Shown here piece by piece: positions 1 to 9,925 of a DNA stretch of 64,000 bases. The notes below the pieces were generated by a model. It had not been told where the DNA came from. It saw only the letters and a program-made list of their open reading frames with translations, and ran no database searches. Source of the DNA: Patescibacteria group bacterium (GTDB taxonomy: Bacteria > Patescibacteriota > JABMPQ01 > JAQVVF01). The DNA is taken from NCBI GenBank assembly GCA_028699085.1, contig JAQVVF010000002.1, forward strand, positions 132,557-196,556. The letters are read 5' to 3'. Both the position numbers and the translations under genes were made by a program. Each line of letters opens with the position of its first letter. Within the stretch, counting starts at the first letter, position 1.

Positions 1-208
1 CAAATTCTGGCTCCTTTACTTTTTCTTCAGTATTTACATTCTGAACAACTTTATTGTTCTCATTTTCAGTAGCTATATTTAGCAATTCTTGGTACTCATT
101 TGCTATTCCTTGTTCTTTTTGCTTAAAGAATGTTACCAAAAACAAATCCAAAGCTAATAAAATAGCTAGAATTAAGATAACGAATGTAATTTTTAACGCA
201 TTTCGCAT
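1..208 (-). CDS. Membrane-anchored/secreted protein, 5' part only (runs off window)
   Basis: Hand translation from ATG at 208: MRNALKITFVILILAILLALDLFLVTFFKQKEQG..., with an N-terminal hydrophobic helix and no stop before position 1. Confidence 0.65.
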   Translation of the reverse strand, partial: MRNALKITFVILILAILLALDLFLVTFFKQKEQGIANEYQELLNIATENENNKVVQNVNTEEKVKEPEF

Positions 209-289
209 AAATTTAGCTTGACGAACTATTCTAATATCTTAATATGATTTTAACAAGACTTTTCTCGCACTCTCACAAAGGAGGAAGAA

Positions 290-982
290 GTGATCGAACA
301 ACCAACAATATTTGATTTAATTATTTTGGCTGGAGCTAGTGGATCAGGTAAAGGCGAAGTTGCAAAAAGAATCAAAGCAGAAATTGGAGACGAATATGTT
401 GGACATAACGAATTTGATATGCTTTATTTTGACCGAAGTGATATGCCCAAAGAAGAACGTGACAAACTTGATTTTGATGATCCTAATGATTCATTGGACT
501 GGTTCGAAGTCATTCATTTTGCAATGTGTTTAAAAGAAGGAAAAACAGCTATTCTACCAGTTTATGACTTCAATACCCATACGCGAATTGCAGAAAAATC
601 GACAACTGTCCAACCAAAAAGATTCAACTTGTTAGACAGCCACATGGGGCTCTGGCACCCAAGACTAAGAGCATTGGCTAGAAAAAAAATATTTGTCGAA
701 ACTGATCTTGATATTTGCGCTTTTCGTCGCCAAGCAAGAGACACGCTACCTATTGAAGAAGGTGGACGCGGCAGAACAAACGAATCAGTCAGAGAGCAAT
801 GGCCCAAAGTCAGAGAAGCCTACAAATTACATTTTGAACCAACAAAACGATGGGCTGACATAATCGTTCCTGGCGGAGGAGAAAACTTTCAAGGTATCGA
901 ATTTATTACGAACTGGATGAAATATCAATTGCTTATCGAAACCCAACAAAAGTCAAAAAGATCACACAAAAAGAAAAATTAG
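290..982 (+). CDS. udk: Uridine kinase family protein
   Basis: P-loop GASGSGK, FDDP, PVYDFNTHTR, KIFVETDLD, RDT..RGR, EPTKRWADIIVP; GTG start after AAAGGAGG. Confidence 0.85.
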   Translation: MIEQPTIFDLIILAGASGSGKGEVAKRIKAEIGDEYVGHNEFDMLYFDRSDMPKEERDKLDFDDPNDSLDWFEVIHFAMCLKEGKTAILPVYDFNTHTRIAEKSTTVQPKRFNLLDSHMGLWHPRLRALARKKIFVETDLDICAFRRQARDTLPIEEGGRGRTNESVREQWPKVREAYKLHFEPTKRWADIIVPGGGENFQGIEFITNWMKYQLLIETQQKSKRSHKKKN

Positions 983-993
983 CTCATTTATTC

Positions 994-1022
994 AAAAGTC
1001 CAAACATAGTCTGGACTTTTTT
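994..1022. terminator. Bidirectional intrinsic terminator between udk and leuS
   Basis: aaaagtcca-aacatagtc-tggactttttt hairpin with A/T tracts. Confidence 0.7.
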
Positions 1023-1065
1023 ATTTGAAAAACAAATTCAATAGATTAGAAAATTAATTAGAACG

Positions 1066-3483
1066 TTAAATCACAATATTTATCAATCTTCCTTTTACAA
1101 AAATTATCTTCTTTATCTTCTTGCCAGCAATAAATTTCATTATTTTTTCTCTTTTCTGAACTAATTCACTCGCTTTTTCTTCAGAAATATCATTATTCAC
1201 TTCCATAAAATCTCTGACTTTGCCATTAACTTGAATAATTAATTTAATTTTAGCTTCTTTGGTTTTATTTTCATCAAATTCTGGCCAAGTTACTTTAAAT
1301 ACACTCTCCTTATTTCCAAGCATCTCCCACATTTCTTCACAAAAATGAGGTGCTAAAGGTGACAAAATAATTATTAAAGTCTCTAAATCTTTTTTAGAAA
1401 TTTTTTCTTTTTGCTTGTCCAATAAATTCAAAAATTCCATCAACGAAGCAATAATCGTATTATAATCCAAGTTTTCAATATCATTCGTCGCCTTTTTAAT
1501 TAACTTATTTCTTTCAATTTCAAAATGTTTCTCATTGCCTAAAGAATTAAGTGTTTTCGAAACTAAAAAGAAAAGTCTGCCAAAGAAACGCTCAATTCCA
1601 ACCACTCCTTCATCTCGAAAATCGCCACCTTGCTTTAATGGTCCGATAAACATCAAATATGTCCTCAATACATCAGCGCCATATTTTTCAATATAATCAT
1701 CTGGATTTATCACGTTACCTTTTGACTTGGACATCTTTGCGCCATCTTTAATAATCAAACCATGCGCTCTAAATTTTTTGAAAGGCTCTTCAAAATCAAC
1801 CATTCCTAGATCATACAAAACCATCGTTACAAATCTAGTATAAAGCAAATGAAGCACTGCATGTTCATGTCCGCCAATATACATATCTACTGGCAACCAT
1901 TTTTTTGTGATTTCTTTATCAAAAGGCTGATCTTTTATATCAACGCTTGGATAACGTAAAAAATACCAAGATGAATCCAAAAAAGTATCTGACACGTCAG
2001 TTTCTCTTTTTGCATCGCCACCACATTTCGGACATTTTGTTTCCACAAATTTCTCATTTCGCGCAAGTGGCGATCGATCAGTCCCATCTGGCATGTAATC
2101 ATCAGTTTTTGGCAATAAAACAGGTAAATCTTTTTCAGGAACTGGCACGGTTCCACATTTTTCACAATAAGCAATTGGAATCGGCGGTCCCCAAAATCTC
2201 TGTCTAGAAATACACCAATCACGCAATTTATAATTAATCTTAAATTTTCCACCAACGAATTCAGTAATTGCTTTCTTAGCTTCAACGTTCTTCATGCCAT
2301 CAAATTTTCCAGAGTTAATCAAAATTCCATCACCCGTATAACATTTTTGTTCAGCAATTTTAACTTTTTTTTCAGGTTCTACAACCTCAACAATCTCCAA
2401 GTCATATTTTTGGGCAAATTCAAAGTCCCTTTCATCATGTGCAGGTACAGCCATAATTGCACCAGTTCCATATCCAGACAAAACATAATCAGCCACAAAA
2501 ATCGGAATTTCTTTCTTGTTTGCTCGATTCACTGCCTTAATTCCTTTCAATTCAACACCAGTTTTTTCATTTGTTCTTTCCTGATCAGTCTTTTCTTTTG
2601 CTTTCTTAATATATTCTTCAACTTCATTCCAGTTTTCAATTTTCTCTTTATTCTCTTCAATAAATTTATGCTCTGGAGATAAAACTAAATAAGTACAGCC
2701 AAATAATGTATCAGGTCTGGTCGTAAAAACAGTTAGATTTGTAATTTGAGATTTGGGATTTGATTGGTCGTTGGTCATTGGAACTTGAAAATTAATCTCA
2801 GCTCCTTCCGACTTTCCAATCCAATTCTTTTGCGCTACTTTTGTCTTTTCTGTCCAATCAATTTTATCAATATTCTTTAACAATTTTTCAGCATAATCAG
2901 TAATTTTGAAAAACCATTGGCTCATATCTTTTTTTACAACTTCTGTTTTACATCTTTCACAAAGACCTGCTTCAACTTGTTCATCAGACAAAACAGTCAT
3001 GCACGAAGGACACCAATTCACAGCTGCCTTTTTTTTGTAAGCCAATCCCTTTTTGTACATTTGCAAAAATAGCCATTGTGTCCATTTATAATAATCTGGA
3101 TCATAAGTTTCTAAGGTTTTTGACCAATCATAAGAATTACCAATCATATGCAATTGTTTGTAGAAATTATTTTGAGTCTTTTCTGCCATTTCTGCTGGAT
3201 GAATTTTATTCTTAATTGCAAAATTTTCTGAATGAATACCAAAACCATCCAATCCAATTGGTTCAAAAACATCATTACCTTTTAGTCTCTGATACCTTCC
3301 ATATATATCCGAACCAGTAAAAGCATACATATTGCCAACATGCAAACCTTCGGCAGATGGATATGGAAACATCATCAAATTATAAAAAGGCTTTGCAGAA
3401 TTTTTTACATCAACTTGATAAAGCTTTTCTTCTTCCCATTTTTTCTGCCATTTTGCTTCAATTTTCTTAAAATCATATTTCAT
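1066..3483 (-). CDS. leuS: Leucine--tRNA ligase
   Basis: MFPYPS.EGLHVGN (HIGH-like), FTTRPDT and GTGAIMAVPAHD (editing domain), KMSKS, QVNGKVR. Confidence 0.97.
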   Translation of the reverse strand: MKYDFKKIEAKWQKKWEEEKLYQVDVKNSAKPFYNLMMFPYPSAEGLHVGNMYAFTGSDIYGRYQRLKGNDVFEPIGLDGFGIHSENFAIKNKIHPAEMAEKTQNNFYKQLHMIGNSYDWSKTLETYDPDYYKWTQWLFLQMYKKGLAYKKKAAVNWCPSCMTVLSDEQVEAGLCERCKTEVVKKDMSQWFFKITDYAEKLLKNIDKIDWTEKTKVAQKNWIGKSEGAEINFQVPMTNDQSNPKSQITNLTVFTTRPDTLFGCTYLVLSPEHKFIEENKEKIENWNEVEEYIKKAKEKTDQERTNEKTGVELKGIKAVNRANKKEIPIFVADYVLSGYGTGAIMAVPAHDERDFEFAQKYDLEIVEVVEPEKKVKIAEQKCYTGDGILINSGKFDGMKNVEAKKAITEFVGGKFKINYKLRDWCISRQRFWGPPIPIAYCEKCGTVPVPEKDLPVLLPKTDDYMPDGTDRSPLARNEKFVETKCPKCGGDAKRETDVSDTFLDSSWYFLRYPSVDIKDQPFDKEITKKWLPVDMYIGGHEHAVLHLLYTRFVTMVLYDLGMVDFEEPFKKFRAHGLIIKDGAKMSKSKGNVINPDDYIEKYGADVLRTYLMFIGPLKQGGDFRDEGVVGIERFFGRLFFLVSKTLNSLGNEKHFEIERNKLIKKATNDIENLDYNTIIASLMEFLNLLDKQKEKISKKDLETLIIILSPLAPHFCEEMWEMLGNKESVFKVTWPEFDENKTKEAKIKLIIQVNGKVRDFMEVNNDISEEKASELVQKREKIMKFIAGKKIKKIIFVKGRLINIVI
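2735..2790 (-). repeat. 7-nt-periodic repeat tract in frame within leuS
   Basis: Minus strand tcaagtt ccaatga ccaacga ccaatc aaatc ccaaatc tcaaatt acaaatc, encoding FQVPMTNDQSNPKSQITNL just before VFTTRPDT. Confidence 0.65.
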
Positions 3484-3529
3484 AGATATTCGAAAAATAA
3501 TTCGTTAAATTCGAAAATTAATTAAGATG

Positions 3530-3763
3530 TTAGTTCGGTTTTTCCGGTTTCTTAGGTTTTCTTTTATCTGGAATAATCCGCATTGATGGTGGCAGTTCTG
3601 GTTCTTTCTTTTTATTTGGAACAATTTCTAAACCCTCTTCAGGACCAATTTCTGGCCTTTCTAAATCTTCTTGATTATTATTTTCTTTGTCTCCATTTGA
3701 ATAATCAATAATCTGACCAATTTCCTCATCATCACCAAAAATATTTGTTTTTTCAACTGACAT
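3530..3763 (-). CDS. Small acidic/Pro-rich hypothetical protein
   Basis: ORF between tatD and leuS; likely ATG at 3763 (MSVEKTNIFGDD) avoids overlap with tatD. Confidence 0.55.
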   Translation of the reverse strand: MSVEKTNIFGDDEEIGQIIDYSNGDKENNNQEDLERPEIGPEEGLEIVPNKKKEPELPPSMRIIPDKRKPKKPEKPN

Positions 3764-3776
3764 ATTTTTATACAAA

Positions 3777-4544
3777 TTAAATTTCAAATAATTTGATTGC
3801 ATTTTCGTTAGTTGCCTTTTCCACTTCTTCAAAACTCAAATTTCTAATCTCTGCAATTTTTTCAATTACATATTTCACATACATCGGCTCATTTCTCTGT
3901 CCTCGAAAAACTTGTGGAGTAAGATATGGACAATCAGTCTCAACCATCATTCTATCTAAAGGCATTTTCTTTATTACTTCTGATACTTCTTCTTTCTTTT
4001 TATATGTAATTGCGCCTGTAAAAGAAATATTGAATCCTAAATCTAAAAATTTTTGTGCCGTCTCCCAATTTTCAAGATAGCAATGAATTACTCCAGATCT
4101 TTCGGAAAAAGTAAAAGATTTTACAATCTCAAAGATATCTGAATAAGAATCACGACCATGAATAATAACTGGTAAATTTAATTTTTGCGCAATTTCTAAC
4201 TGGAATCTAAACAATTCTTTCTGATGCTCAAAAGTCTTTTCTTTTTTAAAAATAACATAATCTAAACCACATTCACCAATTGCCACAACTTTCTTCATTC
4301 TCGCCAAATCTTCAAATTTTTTCTTAAAATCATTATCAATTTTCTTTTGCTCTTCTGGAAAAATTCCAACGCTTGCAAAAATGTTTTTGTAAGAATTTGC
4401 TAAATCAATTGATTCATAAGATCCTTGCAAACTCGTTCCAATATTAATGATCTTTTCAACTCCATTATCAAATGATCTTTTAATCACGGCCTCTCTGTCA
4501 ATATTATAATGTGTTGATTCTAAATGAGCATGAGTATCTATCAT
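3777..4544 (-). CDS. tatD: TatD family hydrolase/DNase
   Basis: IDTHAHL, AIGECGLDY, GVIHCY, ETDCPYL, RNEP. Confidence 0.93.
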   Translation of the reverse strand: MIDTHAHLESTHYNIDREAVIKRSFDNGVEKIINIGTSLQGSYESIDLANSYKNIFASVGIFPEEQKKIDNDFKKKFEDLARMKKVVAIGECGLDYVIFKKEKTFEHQKELFRFQLEIAQKLNLPVIIHGRDSYSDIFEIVKSFTFSERSGVIHCYLENWETAQKFLDLGFNISFTGAITYKKKEEVSEVIKKMPLDRMMVETDCPYLTPQVFRGQRNEPMYVKYVIEKIAEIRNLSFEEVEKATNENAIKLFEI

Positions 4545-4554
4545 TAAAATAAAT

Positions 4555-4875
4555 TTAATTCTTTAATCCTGTACATCGCCAATTAATTTCTGCTGTCTTT
4601 TTTTCTACATCTATCACACAAGCTGGACTGCAACCCTCTTTCTTAGTCTTCAAATCAATCCACCAAGTTCTTGTATTTTCATTACAAGAAATCTCCGCCG
4701 TCAATCCCTCTTTATTACAATCGCTTGCTTGAGCAATTTTCAAAGCATCACTTTGTTTCATTCCTGTTGAATCTTTATTCGTTCCACAACTAAAATTTGC
4801 GATGTCTGTTGATGAACAACCACTAATCATAAAGACTACAAACAACAAACTTCCTACAATAAAAATTTTTTTCAT
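4555..4875 (-). CDS. Cys-rich lipoprotein, hypothetical
   Basis: Signal peptide with ISGC lipobox; CNENTRTWWI..GCSPACV..EINWRCTG. Confidence 0.7.
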   Translation of the reverse strand: MKKIFIVGSLLFVVFMISGCSSTDIANFSCGTNKDSTGMKQSDALKIAQASDCNKEGLTAEISCNENTRTWWIDLKTKKEGCSPACVIDVEKKTAEINWRCTGLKN

Positions 4876-4921
4876 TTTTTACTTATTACTTTTACCTTTT
4901 TATTTTTGACTTTTTATTTTT

Positions 4922-5266
4922 TTAACACGTAATATGGAAAAATCCTACTACATCTCTTCCTTCTTTTTCCAATCTATTGTATTCATCAACTGCTTTAGTC
5001 GTATCAGAAATCATAACTTCTAAATTTTTCTCTTTAAAAAATTCCTTTGTTGCATCTGGAACTTTCATTTCTCCTCCATCACCAGTACCAATTACTACAA
5101 ATTTATCTTCTTCGTCCAAATAGTCTTTTACATCGATGACTCTCAATTCATGACCCTCTTCTCGAAACCATTCCTTTGCTAAAATCTCACCAGGCTTAAT
5201 AACAATATCAGACTTATATTCTTTGCCATCAATTAACATTAAACCAAATTCATATCTTTCTATCAT
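4922..5266 (-). CDS. Mth938-like domain protein
   Basis: YEFG..IDGKEY.SD, VVIGTG, C-terminal FHITC. Confidence 0.85.
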   Translation of the reverse strand: MIERYEFGLMLIDGKEYKSDIVIKPGEILAKEWFREEGHELRVIDVKDYLDEEDKFVVIGTGDGGEMKVPDATKEFFKEKNLEVMISDTTKAVDEYNRLEKEGRDVVGFFHITC

Positions 5267-5286
5267 AATTTTTAAATTAAATTTTA

Positions 5287-6801
5287 TTATATTCTTGGAA
5301 ATAAAGCTTGAGCCTTTTTTACCTGCAAATCTAAGTCAAAACGTTTCCATTTTTTCAATTTTGCATATTCTAATTTACTTTCTTCATCCCACATTGAGAA
5401 TTGTGTCAAAATATTTTCTGCTGTCTCTGGTAAAAATGGATAAATCATCCAAGCGATATGCCTGATTATTTCGATTAAGTTACACAATACTAAAGCGCAT
5501 TTTTCATCATCTTTTCCAAACAATTCCCATGGTTTTTCAACTGATATATATTCATTAGCAAATTTTACTAAACTGAAAGTAGTTTTCAAACTCTGATCAA
5601 TTTTATTTTCTTCCATAAACTTTTCATAATTCTTCCAAGCATTAGTAACTAACCTAACCACTTCTTTATTCTCTAACACCTTTCCTTTGCATTTCTTCAA
5701 ATCCAATTTCAAATACATTGCCGTAACTCTGCTCACCAAATTTCCTAAACCATTTGCTAAATTAGCATTAAATTGTTCATCAAATTTCTCTGCCTTTACA
5801 TCGCCATCTTGTCCAAAAGGAAATTGAGAGATAATTAAAAATCTTGCTGCATCAGATCCATATTTTTTTACTAAATCATTTGGATCAATCACATTGCCAA
5901 TCGTCTTGCTCATTTTCTGGCCATTCACTGTAAAATAACCATTTGCAAAAATATGCTTTGGAACTGCCAGCTTTGCTGCTAACAACATTGCCGGCCAATA
6001 AATTGCATGAAATTTTATAATATCCTTGCCCATCAAATGTAAATCTGTTGGCCAATATTTTTTAAAATTTGCATCATTAGAGCTTCCATATCCCAAAGCA
6101 GTAATATAATTTGATAATGCATCTACCCAAACATAAATTACTTGGCTTTCGTCCCAAGGCACTTTTATTCCCCATGCTACTTTTTCTCGAGAAACTGAAA
6201 AATTTTCTAATTCCTGCTTAAATAACCCCAATACTTCGGATCTGATATTCTCTGGCTCAATTTTTATCTTATCTTTTTCAATTAACTCCTGTACTTTCTT
6301 GGCATACTTATCAAGTTTGAAAAAATAATTTTTTTCCGAAATTTTGTCAGGACAAATTTTATGATCAGGACATTTACCATCAACTAATTCTTTTTCAGTC
6401 AAAAACTTTTCACAACCAGTACAATATAATCCTTCATACGATCCTTCATAAATTGCATCTGCTTCTCTCAATTTTTCAATAAATTTCTTAGCTCCAATTT
6501 CGTGTCTTTGATCCGTTGTTCTTATAAAATCATTATTGGAAATATTCAATGCATCCCAAAGTGAAGTATATAAAGCAGAAATTTCATCACAAAATTGTTT
6601 TGGAGTTTTGCCTACTTTTTCAGCAGATTTTGCTACCTTTGCCCCATGTTCATCTGTTCCTGTTAAAAAAAATACTTCATCACCAATAAAACGATGATAT
6701 CTCGCTAAAATATCAGCTGCAATCGTTGTATAAGCATGACCAAGATGCGGCTTATCATTTACGTAATAAATTGGTGTTGTTATATAAAATTTCTTTATCA
6801 T
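5287..6801 (-). CDS. metG: Methionine--tRNA ligase (short form, no C-terminal OB domain)
   Basis: YITTPIYYVN..PHLGH, GTDEHG, YVWVDAL, KMSKT. Confidence 0.96.
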   Translation of the reverse strand: MIKKFYITTPIYYVNDKPHLGHAYTTIAADILARYHRFIGDEVFFLTGTDEHGAKVAKSAEKVGKTPKQFCDEISALYTSLWDALNISNNDFIRTTDQRHEIGAKKFIEKLREADAIYEGSYEGLYCTGCEKFLTEKELVDGKCPDHKICPDKISEKNYFFKLDKYAKKVQELIEKDKIKIEPENIRSEVLGLFKQELENFSVSREKVAWGIKVPWDESQVIYVWVDALSNYITALGYGSSNDANFKKYWPTDLHLMGKDIIKFHAIYWPAMLLAAKLAVPKHIFANGYFTVNGQKMSKTIGNVIDPNDLVKKYGSDAARFLIISQFPFGQDGDVKAEKFDEQFNANLANGLGNLVSRVTAMYLKLDLKKCKGKVLENKEVVRLVTNAWKNYEKFMEENKIDQSLKTTFSLVKFANEYISVEKPWELFGKDDEKCALVLCNLIEIIRHIAWMIYPFLPETAENILTQFSMWDEESKLEYAKLKKWKRFDLDLQVKKAQALFPRI

Positions 6802-6806
6802 AAATA

Positions 6807-7460
6807 TTAATTTTTTATTATCACTACAAACTCTCCTTTTTCTTTAACTTTTTCCATAATTTCAGAAACTTTTCCTCGATATACTTCTTCAAAAATTTTT
6901 GTTAATTCTCGAGCTACAAATACCTCTTTATCACCAAGTTTTTCTAAAATATCACTCAAAGTTTTCTTAATTCTAAATGGCGACTCATAAAATACTATCA
7001 ATTTTTTCTCTTCCTGTAAAGATTTGAACATTGTTTCTCTGCCTTTTTTCTTTGGCAAAAAACCCAAAAAAACAAATTCGTTAGTATTAAATCCTGAAAT
7101 TGAAATAGCGGAGATACAAGCTGAAACTCCAGGAATAATAATTACCTTAATATTATTTTTATATGCTTCGTTAACTAATACGTCTCCAGGATCAGAAATG
7201 GTCGGCGTTCCTGCATCAGAAACTAAGGCAATATTCTTGCCATTTTTTAATTCACTAATCAGCAAATCAATTTTCTGTAATTTGCTATATTGATGATAAG
7301 AAAGCAAAGATTTATTAATTTCATATCTCGCCAACAATTTTGCCGTCACTCTAGTATCTTCGCAAGCAATCAAATCAACGCTCTTCAATATTTCTAAAGC
7401 GCGCAAAGTAATATCTTTCAAATTTCCAATTGGAGTTCCAACCACATACAATATGCCCAT
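6807..7460 (-). CDS. rsmI: 16S rRNA (cytidine-2'-O)-methyltransferase RsmI
   Basis: LYVVGTPIGNLKDIT.RA, CEDTR, SDAGTP.ISDPG, YESP, RELTK. Confidence 0.95.
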   Translation of the reverse strand: MGILYVVGTPIGNLKDITLRALEILKSVDLIACEDTRVTAKLLARYEINKSLLSYHQYSKLQKIDLLISELKNGKNIALVSDAGTPTISDPGDVLVNEAYKNNIKVIIIPGVSACISAISISGFNTNEFVFLGFLPKKKGRETMFKSLQEEKKLIVFYESPFRIKKTLSDILEKLGDKEVFVARELTKIFEEVYRGKVSEIMEKVKEKGEFVVIIKN

Positions 7461-7483
7461 ACAACAAATTTAAAATTTATTAA

Positions 7484-8638
7484 TTATTCTATGTCTTTCT
7501 TTTCTGGAGGAATTTCTGTTGTTCTTTTCGTAATTTCTGTTTTTTCAACTTTCACTCCAGCTAATTTCGGTTCACAAATTTCTGTTTTCAATTTATCTTC
7601 ATCTTTTTTATCTCTTTCATCAAACATATCCTTCAAGAAAACAGAAATCAAAGTCGCAGCCGGAACAGCAACTATTGCACCAAGAACACCAGCCAATTTC
7701 ACAGCAACTAAGATTACCAAAATAATCACCAGCGGATTCAATCCAACAACCTTTTGCATTATTTTCGGAACTAAAAGATGATTTTCTAGTTGCTGAACTA
7801 AAAAATATAAAATTACTACTAACAAAGCCAGTAAAGGCGATTGCGCTGACGCAATTAATACTGCTGGAATGGCAGAAATTACCGGACCAATATATGGCAC
7901 AACTTCAAGGATACCTGCAACTAACGCTAATACCAATGCATATTTTACACCCATTAAAGATAAGCCAATATATATTACAACCCCAACTATTAATCCTAAT
8001 AATAATTGTCCTCTTAACCACTTACCAACTTGAAGCTGCATTCTGCCAACTAAATCTTCAACATATGGACGATGACGAAATGGCACGATTGACCGAATAA
8101 ATTTTTTGAAACTTCCTTCCTCAACAATAAAATAAAATGACAAAACAAAGATCATAACAATAGATAGAATTCCCCCAAATAGACTAGAAAAAAAATCGTA
8201 TACACTTGATGCCGCCCCTCCAATTTTATCTTCCAATGAAGTCAATATTTCTTTTGCTTTTTCTAAACTTTGTTCTTGAGAATAACCAGTAAATTCTGAA
8301 ACTTTTTCAAATACAGTTTGAAAATAACCCGGCAAAACTTCAACCAATTGCCGTGTCTGTTCAATTAATGGCGGAACTAAAAGATAAACAACCAATGCAA
8401 TTAGACCAAGTAAAATCAAGAAAAGGAAAAGGGAGCTAATACCACGAGGAATTCTCTTTTTTTGTAACCAATCTACTACCGGATCTAATCCTGAAGCAAT
8501 CACTAACGCCACAAAAATAAGCAACAAGATATCCTTGACTGCAAACAAAAACATCAACAACAAAACAATCAAAACTGCTCTCAAAAAAGTAGCATAGGAA
8601 ACATCAAAAACTACTTTTCGATCTAAAAATTTTTGCAT
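7484..8638 (-). CDS. AI-2E family (PerM-like) transporter
   Basis: Multiple TM helices; WLRGQ, VPYIGP, QQLENHLLVPKIM. Confidence 0.9.
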   Translation of the reverse strand: MQKFLDRKVVFDVSYATFLRAVLIVLLLMFLFAVKDILLLIFVALVIASGLDPVVDWLQKKRIPRGISSLFLFLILLGLIALVVYLLVPPLIEQTRQLVEVLPGYFQTVFEKVSEFTGYSQEQSLEKAKEILTSLEDKIGGAASSVYDFFSSLFGGILSIVMIFVLSFYFIVEEGSFKKFIRSIVPFRHRPYVEDLVGRMQLQVGKWLRGQLLLGLIVGVVIYIGLSLMGVKYALVLALVAGILEVVPYIGPVISAIPAVLIASAQSPLLALLVVILYFLVQQLENHLLVPKIMQKVVGLNPLVIILVILVAVKLAGVLGAIVAVPAATLISVFLKDMFDERDKKDEDKLKTEICEPKLAGVKVEKTEITKRTTEIPPEKKDIE

Positions 8639-8657
8639 ATAAATTTATATTAAAAAA

Positions 8658-9923
8658 TTACAAACTTAACAATTTCAAATACTTCTCTTTATCTTCAATC
8701 GGCCCGATCATTGATAAATTTAATTTTTCATTTACAAAAATTTCTTGGGCATTTTTTTGGACATCATCTGCTGTCACAGCATCAATCTTTTTAAACTTTT
8801 CTTCGATTGTCTCAATCTTGTTTTTCAAAACTTCTTGCATTGAAAAAAACATTGCTTTCTCATCTGAAGATTCTAAGCCAATCAAAGTCTTGCCCTTAAT
8901 AAATTCTTTGGCTTTATTTAATTCTTTTTCAGAAACTTTTATATCTCTGATCTTCTTAAATTCATCAATACAAACTTTTATTGCCTCATCTGCATTCTCA
9001 TTTCTAACTCCAGCTTGAACAGCTAAGTAACCAGAATCCGTATATTCCTCTTGTTCTGCTCGAACATAATAAGCTAGTCCTCTTTTTTCTCGAATTTCTG
9101 AAAATAATCTTGAACTCATTCCACCGCCCAAAATAACTGATAATAATAACAACGGATAACGTTTAGGAGAAAACATATCAAAAGCTCTTACTCCCAAACA
9201 CAAATGAGTTTGATCTGTTTTTTTATTAAAAACCAAAATTTCTGCTTTATCTTGCTTCTCAACAACTTTTTCTTTGTCTTTTCTTCCCCCATCAACGAAT
9301 TCATCTAAATATTTATCTGCTAAATCAATGCTCTTTTGTTCATCCATATTTCCAGCCATACAAACAACTGCGTTTTTTATTAAATAATGATTTTTAAAAT
9401 AATTAACAAAATCATCACGCTTAACTCCTAAAATAGATTCTCGATGACCAATAACTAATTCTCCTGCCGGCGCTTTTCCATATAATAATTTTTCAAATAA
9501 TTCTGGAACATATCTTGTCGGCATATCTTGATACATATTCATTTCTTCAATAATAACACCTCTCTCTTTTTCTATTTCTGCGCTATCAAATTTCGAATGA
9601 AGCAAAATATCAGAAACAAAATCAACTCCCCGTTCGATGTGTTTTGAGGCTACTTTAGCGTAATATCCAGTATATTCTTTAGATGTAAAAGCATTGTATT
9701 CTCCACCAACCTCGTCTAAATATTCAGAAATTGCCATTGCATCTGCTCTTTTTGTAGTACCTTTAAAAAACATGTGCTCTAGAAAATGAGACAATCCAGC
9801 TATTTTGTCAGTTTCATATTTTGAACCAACACAAAAAAGCACCAAAAAAGTTGTTGTATCAATATCTTTTACTGGTACATGAATAAATCTTAATCCAGAT
9901 TTTAAACTAGTTTTTTTATACAT
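8658..9923 (-). CDS. M16 (pitrilysin) family zinc peptidase
   Basis: HFLEH inverted zincin motif, NAFTSKE.T.YY, SSRLF.EIREKRGLAY. Confidence 0.92.
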   Translation of the reverse strand: MYKKTSLKSGLRFIHVPVKDIDTTTFLVLFCVGSKYETDKIAGLSHFLEHMFFKGTTKRADAMAISEYLDEVGGEYNAFTSKEYTGYYAKVASKHIERGVDFVSDILLHSKFDSAEIEKERGVIIEEMNMYQDMPTRYVPELFEKLLYGKAPAGELVIGHRESILGVKRDDFVNYFKNHYLIKNAVVCMAGNMDEQKSIDLADKYLDEFVDGGRKDKEKVVEKQDKAEILVFNKKTDQTHLCLGVRAFDMFSPKRYPLLLLSVILGGGMSSRLFSEIREKRGLAYYVRAEQEEYTDSGYLAVQAGVRNENADEAIKVCIDEFKKIRDIKVSEKELNKAKEFIKGKTLIGLESSDEKAMFFSMQEVLKNKIETIEEKFKKIDAVTADDVQKNAQEIFVNEKLNLSMIGPIEDKEKYLKLLSL

Positions 9924-9925
9924 AA

